NCBI GenBank assembly: GCA_964016885.1
Contig: OZ024745.1
Span: forward strand, 28,954,001 to 29,018,000
Length of the DNA: 64,000 nt
Direction: 5' to 3'
Source of the DNA: Eledone cirrhosa
Taxonomy: Eukaryota
Part shown: piece after piece, positions 50,991-64,000 of the stretch
How positions within the stretch are numbered: position 1 is the first letter of the stretch
Layout: every line of letters begins with the position of its first letter
Program-made: the position numbers and the translations under genes
The notes under the pieces: generated by a model
Told to the model about the DNA's origin: nothing
The model's input: only the letters and a program-made list of their open reading frames with translations
The model's database searches: none

Positions 50991-51729
50991 ATTGGCTGCT
51001 TCTTTTGCAAGGGAAAGAACTTGCTGGGAAGTTTTGCTCTCTCAGTTACATAAATAGGAACCATACTATATTTCATAAACCAAGCATTTTGAAGTAGTGG
51101 TGAAGATGGCAGTGGTATAGATGGTGGATGTGGTGGGGGATATGGTGGATGTGGTGGGGGATATAGTGGTGGTTTGTGCTGTGGAGGCGGTGGTATTGGT
51201 GGTGGTATGGATGGTGATAAGGGTGGTGTGGCGTGAGAGAAGACGAAGAAGGAAGTGGAGAAGTGGAGGTGAAGGTTGAAGAGGAGGAAGAGTAAAAGAA
51301 GAAAAGGGGGAGAAGCAGTTAGTGTTGTGTGTGTGTGGATATGTGTGTCTGGACGTGTGTTTACATATGTCTATGTGTGTTTGTGAGTGATTGAGTGTGT
51401 CTGTGTGTGTATGTATATGTGCATATGTGTGTGTAACTGTGTCTGTATATGTGCATATGTATGTTTGCGTTTGTGTGTGTTTTACAAATATGTTTGATCA
51501 AGGTTTTAAATGGTTCCACTACAATCACTGCAAGGCACTTCAGAGGTCACGAGGTCATGAGGTTACAAGGTCACGAGGTCAGACAATTTCTAATGTTATT
51601 TTTGGCAAACCTTCATTGATTTTTTTATATTTTGTTTAACAAAGAATGGTTGGATTTCTTTTCTCTATGGAAACATTCCAATATGGCTGCTGGTCACATT
51701 GTTGGAAGACAGCAGCAGTAGCAGCTACT

Positions 51730-53082
51730 GTAATACTACTACCACTACACCACCACTACTACCACTACACCACCACTGTACTACTACCACTACACCACCA
51801 CAGGACTACTACCACTACACCACCATTGTACTTCCACTACACCACCACTACTACCACTACACCACCACTGTACTACAACCACTACTACCACTACACCACC
51901 ACTGTACTACTACCACTACTATCACTACACCACCACCACTACTACTGCTACACTACTACCACCACCACCACCACACTACCACTACTACACTACCACTGTA
52001 ATATCACTGTACTACCACCACACTACCACTACTATATTATCACCCCTGTACTACCACCACACTACCACTACTATATTATCACTCCTGTACTACCACCACA
52101 ATACCACTACTATATTATCACCCCTGTACTACCACCACACTACCACTACTATATTATCACTCCTGTACTACCACCACACTACCACTACTATATTATCACT
52201 CCTGTACTACCACCACAATACCACTACTATATTATCACCCCTGTACTACCACCACACTACCACTACTATATTATCACCCCTTGTACTACCACCACACTAC
52301 CACTACTATATTATCACTCCTGTACTACCACCACAATACCACTACTATATTATCACCCCTGTACTACCACCACACTACCACTACTATATTATCACCCCTG
52401 TACTACCACCACAATACCACTACTATATTATCACCCCTGTACTACCACCACACTACCACTACTATATTATCACCCCTGTACTACCACCACACTACCACTA
52501 CTATATTATCACTCCTGTACTACCACCACAATACCACTACTATATTATCACCCCTGCACTACCACTACACTACCACTACTATATTATCACTCCTGTACTA
52601 CCACCACAATACCACTACTATATTATCACCCCTGTACTACCACCACAATACCACTACTATATTATCACCCCTGTACTACCACCACACTACCACTACTATA
52701 TTATCACTCCTGTACTACCACCACAATACCACTACTATATTATCACCCCTGTACTACCACCACAATACCATTACTATATTATCACCCCTGTACTACCACC
52801 ACACTACCACTACTATATTATCACTCCTGTACTACCACCACAATACCACTACTATATTATCACTTCTGTACTACCACCACAATACCACTACTATATTATC
52901 ACCCCTGCACTACCACCACACTACCACTACTATATTATCACCCCTGTACTACCACCACACTACCACTACTATATTATCACCCCTGCACTACCACCACACT
53001 ACCACTACTATATTATCACCCCTGCACTACCACCACAATACCACTACTATATTATCATCCCTGTACTACCACCACTACTACA
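51730..53082. repeat. (CAC/TAC)n tract grading into a 39-bp minisatellite
   Basis: Unit CACTACTATATTATCACYCCTGTACTACCACCACAMTAC, about 27 copies from position 52000. Confidence 0.9.
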
Positions 53083-53727
53083 CAATGTAAAACATGAAGG
53101 CTGATTGTCAGAGTTCGGAGACATACTCTGAGACAGGGCTGTACAAAATCCACCCAATGGGCTTGAGTAGCTGAGCCATAATGTGGCAACAAAGCCACAA
53201 TTCAGTCTTTGGTTAACCAAGATAGACGTATGCTACTTGGTTCTGAGCAGATGTGTGGGCTCTTTCAGCAGTACTGCGCTCAGATATTGGAGACAAGCAG
53301 TGAACCAAATCATCAAATGGATGTTAGTGTCTACCTCAAGGCTTGCCATGACTCTCATCAACAGAGGTGCAGTGCTGCTAATGACTGATAACAACCTATG
53401 AAATACAGGAGGCAATAACTGGCTGCTTGAGGGACAAACCATCAGATTTGGATGGCATGCCCTCTGAGCACTATGTATACTTGCTAGACATTCAGTGACA
53501 TATTAGTGGACATTTACACTAACGGGCAACAGAATATGAGAACACCTAGTTCTGTGAGCCAAGGAGTGATGGCACTACTGAGAAAGGACCTGAACTAAGG
53601 GGATTACATATATAACTTCAGGCTCATAATTCTGTTAAATGTAGAGTTTAAGATTTTAGCCAAAGTGTCGGCAAAGAGGTTGGTGTTTGTCATCGATGCC
53701 CTATTTAGAGAGGCACAGACATGCACC

Positions 53728-53927
53728 NNNNNNNNNNNNNNNNNNNNNNNNNNNNNNNNNNNNNNNNNNNNNNNNNNNNNNNNNNNNNNNNNNNNNNNNN
53801 NNNNNNNNNNNNNNNNNNNNNNNNNNNNNNNNNNNNNNNNNNNNNNNNNNNNNNNNNNNNNNNNNNNNNNNNNNNNNNNNNNNNNNNNNNNNNNNNNNNN
53901 NNNNNNNNNNNNNNNNNNNNNNNNNNN
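53728..53927. other. Assembly gap (200 N)
   Basis: Run of n. Confidence 1.
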
Positions 53928-54032
53928 TTCCGCGCAGCATGGGTTCGAGGGGTTGTCCTGTTGTCCTATATATATATGTGCATATATATATGCACATATA
54001 TATATATATGCACATATATATATGTACATATA

Positions 54033-54086
<54 letters not shown>

Positions 54087-54092
54087 CATATA

Positions 54093-54184
<92 letters not shown>

Positions 54185-54228
54185 ATATATATATACACTA
54201 CATATATATATGTATATATATATATATA

Positions 54229-54275
<47 letters not shown>

Positions 54276-54304
54276 TATGTATATATATATATATATGCAC
54301 ATAT

Positions 54305-55123
54305 ATGAAAGGCAGGTTGTACGATGCCTGCATACGAACAGCAATGCTGCATGGCAGTGAGACCTGGGCATTGTGTGCAGAGGATATACGCAGACTAGAG
54401 AGGAACGAAGCTTGCATGCTCCGCTGGATGTGTAACAGTAATATACGTGAACGGCAAAGCATAAACGAACTAAGGAAAAAATTAGAGATAAGAGGGATCA
54501 GATGTGTTTACTCGAGAGAAGGCTACGTTGGTATGGACACGTGATGCGCATGAAAGTCGATAGCTGTATAACAAAGTGCAGGGCAATAAAGAGAGACGGT
54601 AGTCACGGAATAGGCAGACCTAGAAAAACCTGGGACGAGCTGATAAACTCCTACATCACACACTTACACCTCTCCAAGACAATGTCACTGGACCGAGACC
54701 TTTGGCGGTACTCAGTAACAGAGAAGACCCGCCTTACCTAAATATATAGATCTCTAACAAAATACACCCCGTCCCACCACCCCCACCCCCACCCCCACCC
54801 CATCGACACCACCCCGTTCTATGTAAAGTTATGTTGGTGCCCGCGCCATCGAGGCCGAAACAAATGAGATCGTGTAGGTGTCACGACAAAAAAACACACA
54901 GTCCACGCTGTAATGTGGCCGTGTAGGCAACACGGTAAAACCTCCCAGACCCACACTGTAAATGTGGTTGGTGTTAGGAAGGGCATCCAACTGTAGAGAA
55001 AACCTGCCAGACAGTCCTATGCGAGCAAGACAATCACTCTTGCCTCAAGTGGACTACCCCCGTCCAAACCATGCAAGCGTGGAACACGGACGTTAAACGT
55101 TGATGATGATGATGATGATGATG
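54305..55123 (+). mobile_element. 5'-truncated RTE copy nearly identical to 24354-25183
   Basis: ATGAAAGGCAGGTTGTACGATGCC...(GAT)n, with a few substitutions and small indels. Confidence 0.9.
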
Positions 55124-55342
55124 ATATATATATGCACATATATATATATATGCACATATATATATATGCACATATATATATATATGTATATATATATATA
55201 TGCATATTATATTATATATGCATATATATATATATATTGCATATATATATATATGCAGTATATATATATATATGTTATATATATATATATATGCATATAT
55301 ATATATATATTATGATATATGTAATATAGATATATATGTATA

Positions 55343-55488
55343 ATCATCATCATCATCAACGTTTAACGTCCGTGTTCCACGCTTGCATGGGTTTGGACGG
55401 GGGGTAGTCCCACTTGAGGCAAGAGTGATTGTCTTGCTCGCATAGGACTGTCTGGCAGGTTTTCTACAGTTGATGCCCTTCCTAACAC
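55343..55488 (-). mobile_element. RTE 3'-terminal fragment, inverted relative to 54305-55123
   Basis: Reverse complement of about 25039-25183. Confidence 0.88.
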
Positions 55489-55597
55489 ATGTATGTATAT
55501 ATATATATATATATGTGTATACATATATATATATATATATATGTGTATACATATATATATATATATGTATGTGTATATATATATATATATATATAGA

Positions 55598-55634
<37 letters not shown>

Positions 55635-55677
55635 TATATATGCACATATATATATATGCACATATATATATATGCAC

Positions 55678-55711
<34 letters not shown>

Positions 55712-55789
55712 GCATATATATATATATATGCATATATATATATATATGCATATATATATATATGCATATATATATATATATATATATGC

Positions 55790-55847
<58 letters not shown>

Positions 55848-56027
55848 GTATATATGTATATATATATATATATGTATGTATATATATATATATATATATA
55901 TGTGTATACATATATATATATATATAATGTGTATACATATATATATATATATATATGTATGTGTATATATATATATATGTATGTATATATATATGTATGT
56001 ATATATATATATGTACATATATACGAT

Positions 56028-56204
56028 ATTAATAAATGAAACTATATTTATAAAACCATATTTATTTCATTATACATATTTCAGGGATACCACATTAATT
56101 ATGGTATGCCTTCATCAGACAAAATACAATATATAACAGTTTACAAATAGGTTTGACGTACCCTTTTAAGATACAACCATTACTTTTGGAGGCTGTCTGG
56201 ATAG
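56028..56204 (-). mobile_element. Family A short element with type I hammerhead (56063-56126)
   Basis: The minus strand reads TATTTTGT CTGATGA aggcatacca taattaatg tggtatccct GAAA tatgta TA ATGAAATA. Confidence 0.72.
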
Positions 56205-56512
56205 TATATATATATATACATATATATATACATATATCTATATACTTATACATATGTATATATACATATGTATATATACATATATATATACATATATATA
56301 TATACATATACATAGACATATATATATATACATATACATATACATAGTATATATACATATACATAATACATATATATATACATATACATATATATATACA
56401 TATACATATACATATATATACATATACATATATATATATATACATATGACATATATATATATATACATATATATATACATATACACATATATATACATAT
56501 ATATATTATATA

Positions 56513-56544
<32 letters not shown>

Positions 56545-57205
56545 ACATATATATACATATACATATAATATATACATATACATATACATATATATATACA
56601 TATACATATATATATATACATATATATATATATACATATAAATATATACATATATATAATATACATGTAACAAACTCCCTCCTACACCAGTGGCCAACCT
56701 ATACAGGCTGGAGATAAAATGGTGTAGCAACAAGGGCGGTGCCCCAGCATGGCCTCAGTCGGATGGCTGAAACAGGTAAAAGAGTAAAAGAGTATGTATC
56801 TATATACATATATATATATATACATATGTATATATACATATATATATGTACATATATATATACATATATATATACATAGATATATACATATATATATATA
56901 CATAAATAAATATACATAAATACATATATATATATACCTATATATATACATAAATAAATATACATATATACATTTATATATATACATATATATATATATT
57001 ACATGTATATATATATACATGTATATATATATACATATATACATGTATATATATATACATGTATATATATATACATATATATACATATATATATATACAT
57101 ATATATATATATACATATATATACATATATATATATACATATATATATATATACATATATATACAATATATATATATACATATATATATATATACATATA
57201 TATAC

Positions 57206-57244
<39 letters not shown>

Positions 57245-57281
57245 CATATATATACATATATATATTATACATATATATACA

Positions 57282-57315
<34 letters not shown>

Positions 57316-57396
57316 CATACATATATATATATATACATACATATATATATATATACATGTATATATATATATACATATATATACATATATATATAT

Positions 57397-57428
<32 letters not shown>

Positions 57429-57461
57429 ACATTATATACATATATATATATATACATATAT

Positions 57462-57493
<32 letters not shown>

Positions 57494-57617
57494 ACATATA
57501 TATATAATATACATACATATAATATATATACATACATATATATATATACATATATATACATATACATATATATACATATATATATATATATACATAGATA
57601 TATATACATATATATAC

Positions 57618-57648
<31 letters not shown>

Positions 57649-57800
57649 CATATATATATATACATATATATATATACATATATATATATACATATTATAT
57701 ATACATATATATATATACATATATATATATACATATATATATATACATATATATATATACATATATATATATACATATATATATATACATATATATATAC

Positions 57801-57831
<31 letters not shown>

Positions 57832-57846
57832 CATATATATATATAC

Positions 57847-58282
57847 ATATTGTTATACTTTGGGAGGGTCCATGTTGCCAATAAGAAACACACGCACCAG
57901 TTGCTTTCACTTCAATTTATTATATATTTATAAATTTACAAATTTACAAACTTATAAATTTCTGATTGGTTGGTTGGTTCCACAACCAGATAGTTGTTTA
58001 TATATAGTCATAGTCCTTTCGTCACTGAAGAGGTCACAGAGTGTGTGACGAAAGGGACTATGACTATATATAAACAACTCTCTGGTTGTGGAACCAACCA
58101 ACCAATCAGAAATTTATAAGTTTGTAAATTTGTAAATTTATAAATATATAATAAATTAAAGTGAAAGCAACTGGTGCGTGTGTTTCTTATTGGCAACATG
58201 ACCCTTCCCAAAGTATAACAATATCGGTTTCAACACACGATTTCAGATAAAGAATCTTGCTAAACAAATTCAGAAACGAAAT
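57847..58282 (+). mobile_element. TA-flanked ~378-bp palindrome (57847-58224) centred on a hammerhead core (family E)
   Basis: Arms of about 178 bp with a few mismatches; the centre reads CTGAAGA(58025-58031) GGTCAC agagtgt GTGAC GAAA(58050-58053). Confidence 0.7.
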
Positions 58283-58324
58283 ATATATACATATATATAT
58301 GTATATATATATACATATATATAC

Positions 58325-58413
<89 letters not shown>

Positions 58414-58432
58414 CATATATTATATATATATC

Positions 58433-58482
<50 letters not shown>

Positions 58483-58501
58483 CCACATATATATATTATA
58501 C

Positions 58502-58532
<31 letters not shown>

Positions 58533-58612
58533 CTATATATATATATACATATATATATATATACATATATATATATACACATATATATATATATACATAT
58601 AGATATATATAC

Positions 58613-58773
<161 letters not shown>

Positions 58774-58774
58774 C

Positions 58775-58805
<31 letters not shown>

Positions 58806-58820
58806 CATATATATATATAC

Positions 58821-58869
<49 letters not shown>

Positions 58870-58990
58870 CATATATATATATACATATAATATATATACA
58901 TATATATATATATACATTATATATATAGATACATATATATATATACATATATATATATACATATATATATATATACATATATATATATAC

Positions 58991-59021
<31 letters not shown>

Positions 59022-59187
59022 CATATATATATATACATGTTATATATATACATATATATATATATACATATATATATATACATGTATATATATATACATG
59101 TATATATATATACATGTATATATATATACATATATATATACATATATATATATATACATATATATACATATACATATATATATATAC

Positions 59188-59235
<48 letters not shown>

Positions 59236-59293
59236 GTATATATATATATATACATATATATATATTATATAGTATATAATTATATCTATATAC

Positions 59294-59329
<36 letters not shown>

Positions 59330-59337
59330 GTATATAT

Positions 59338-59445
<108 letters not shown>

Positions 59446-59473
59446 CATATATATATACATATATATATATATG

Positions 59474-59538
<65 letters not shown>

Positions 59539-59567
59539 GTATATATATATAATTATATCTAATATAC

Positions 59568-59613
<46 letters not shown>

Positions 59614-59680
59614 TATATATATACATATATATATGTATATATATATATGTATATATATATATATGTATATATATATTATG

Positions 59681-59776
<96 letters not shown>

Positions 59777-59840
59777 CTATATATACATATATATATATAC
59801 ATATGTATATATATATACATATATATATATACATATATAC

Positions 59841-59871
<31 letters not shown>

Positions 59872-59898
59872 CATATATATATACATATATATATATAC

Positions 59899-59929
<31 letters not shown>

Positions 59930-59955
59930 CTATATATATATATACATATGTATAC

Positions 59956-60020
<65 letters not shown>

Positions 60021-60082
60021 CATATATATACATATATATATATATATACATATATATACATATATATATATATATACATATT

Positions 60083-60123
<41 letters not shown>

Positions 60124-60151
60124 TATACATATATATATATATATTTATACA

Positions 60152-60377
<226 letters not shown>

Positions 60378-60778
60378 CATATATTATATATATATATGAT
60401 AGCATATACATATATATACATATACATATATATACATATATATATATATACATACATATATATACATATACATATATATACATATACATATATATATATA
60501 TAACATATATACTATATATACATATATATATACATATATATACATATATATACATATATATTCATATATTACATATATATACATATATATACATAATATA
60601 TATACATATATATACATATACATATACATATATATATATATACATATATATATACATATATATACTATATATATACATATATACATATATATACATATAT
60701 ATACATATACATATATATACATATATATACAATACATATACATATATATACATATATATATACATATATATATATATC

Positions 60779-60818
<40 letters not shown>

Positions 60819-60849
60819 TAATATATACATATATATATATTATATATAC

Positions 60850-60880
<31 letters not shown>

Positions 60881-61045
60881 CATATATATACATATATATA
60901 TATACATATATATACATATATAGTATAGACATATATATATACATATATATATATATACATATATATATACACATATATATATATATATACATTATATATA
61001 CATATATATATATATATACATATATATATACATATATATATATAC

Positions 61046-61094
<49 letters not shown>

Positions 61095-61147
61095 CATATA
61101 TATATAATATACATATATATATATACATATATATATATAAATACATA

Positions 61148-61211
<64 letters not shown>

Positions 61212-61216
61212 CACAA

Positions 61217-61261
<45 letters not shown>

Positions 61262-61366
61262 TATATTTATATACAAATATATATATATATATACACATAT
61301 ATATATATACACATATATATATATATACATATATATATACATATATATATATACATATATATATAC

Positions 61367-61399
<33 letters not shown>

Positions 61400-62995
61400 C
61401 ATATATATATTACATATATAAATATATATACATATATATATACATATATATATATATATACATATATATATACATATATATATATATAATATACTATATA
61501 TATAGTAGTATATATATATATATAGTATATATACATATATATATATACATATATACATATACATATATACATATACATATATGTAGATAAATCTACCAAG
61601 AGTTTACGGTAGTGTCCAATCCGTATGAAGAACTCAATGTAATCCGGATATCATGGAAAGAAGAGATGCAATGAAAAAATCACTTTCGGTGAAAGATAAA
61701 CGGAATACAGAGTCAAGATAAAATATTAAAAAAATAATGAATAAAACAATGAAACAGTTCCTTATATTAAACAAAAAAAGGTTCATCATTTAACGATCGT
61801 TTATATATACATATATATATATACATATATATACATATACATATATACATATATATACATATATATTTATACATATACATAATATACATATACATATATA
61901 TACATATATATTTATACATATACATATATACATATACATATATATACACATATATATTTATACATATACATATACATATATATATATACATATACATATA
62001 TATACATATATATATAGCATATACATATACATATACATATATATATATTACATATATATACATATATATACATATACATATACATATATAGATATACATA
62101 TATATACATATATATACATATATAGTATACATATACATATATATATACATATACATATACATATATATTATGTATATATATATATATACATATATATATA
62201 CATATATATATACTATAATATATAATATACATATATATATATATGTATATACATATATATATACATATATATATACATATATATATATTATACATATACA
62301 TATATATTACATATATATATATATACATATATATATACAATATATATACATTATATATTTACATATACATATATATATACATATATATTATACATATATA
62401 TATACATATATATATACTACATATATATTACATATATATATACATATGTATATATATATACATATATATAATACATATTATATACTTATAAATATATAAT
62501 ATATATATACATATACATATACATATATATATACATATATACATATACATATATATATACATACATATATATATACATACATATATATATACATATACAT
62601 ATATATACATATATAATATACACATATATATATACATATACATACAAATATATATACATACATATATATATACATACATATATATATACATATACATATA
62701 TATACATATATATATACAAACATATATATATACAAACATATATATATACATATACATATATATATATATACACATGTATATATATACATATATATATACA
62801 TATACATTATATCATATATATACACATTATATATATACATATATATATACATATACATATGTATATATATACATATATATATACATATACATATATATAT
62901 AAATACATATATATATATATACATATATATATACATATATATATACATATATATACATATACATATATATATACATATATATATTATATATATAC

Positions 62996-63026
<31 letters not shown>

Positions 63027-63050
63027 CATATACAATATATATACATTATA

Positions 63051-63084
<34 letters not shown>

Positions 63085-63162
63085 CTATATATAATACATA
63101 TATATAATATATATACATATATACATATATATATAAATACATATATACATATATATATATAT

Positions 63163-63195
<33 letters not shown>

Positions 63196-63265
63196 TATAT
63201 ACATATATATATATATATACATATATACATTATATATATATCTATATATACATATATATATATAT

Positions 63266-63296
<31 letters not shown>

Positions 63297-63339
63297 TACA
63301 TATATACATATATATATATAATATACATATATTCATATA

Positions 63340-63459
<120 letters not shown>

Positions 63460-63504
63460 CATATATACATATATATATATATATACTATAACATATATAT
63501 ATAT

Positions 63505-63569
<65 letters not shown>

Positions 63570-63613
63570 TATTATACATATATATATATATATATATATA
63601 CATATATATATAC

Positions 63614-63666
<53 letters not shown>

Positions 63667-63717
63667 CATATAGATATATATATATATACATATATACATA
63701 TATATATACATATATAC

Positions 63718-63748
<31 letters not shown>

Positions 63749-63767
63749 CATATATATATATAATATA

Positions 63768-63816
<49 letters not shown>

Positions 63817-63832
63817 CATATATAATATATAC

Positions 63833-63905
<73 letters not shown>

Positions 63906-63908
63906 CAT

Positions 63909-63940
<32 letters not shown>

Positions 63941-63951
63941 CATATATATAC

Positions 63952-64000
<49 letters not shown>

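Noticed and set aside
49997-53097. Repetitive ORFs of 215-483 aa
   Set aside because: They are products of the 48-bp and 39-bp minisatellites.

Overview
This is AT-rich, microsatellite-laden animal genomic DNA. The SINE and RTE repertoire and the long (TA)n tracts suggest an octopus/cephalopod (inference, not shown by the sequence). It holds one spliced minus-strand gene, a SASH1 orthologue (SH3, SAM1, the PYSDK..CGIP..LVQRYAE motif and SAM2). I could trace 12 coding exons with GT-AG sites and matching phases from 44576 down to the stop at 12628; the 5' start was not found. Mobile DNA includes an intact-looking RTE LINE (APE-RT with a PHD finger) and truncated relatives, two Dong/R4-type RLE LINEs, hAT-Charlie and mariner remnants, tRNA-derived SINEs and several minisatellites. 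A 200-N gap is followed by about 10 kb of TA/TACA microsatellite. The most striking signal is a Naiad-type Penelope-like element with an inverted terminal repeat, plus at least five families of short TA-flanked elements carrying hammerhead-ribozyme cores. Several of these are long DNA palindromes whose fold-back point lies in or beside the ribozyme core. Almost all Y/I/H-rich ORFs in the track are microsatellite artefacts. All family assignments are by eye, with no database search.
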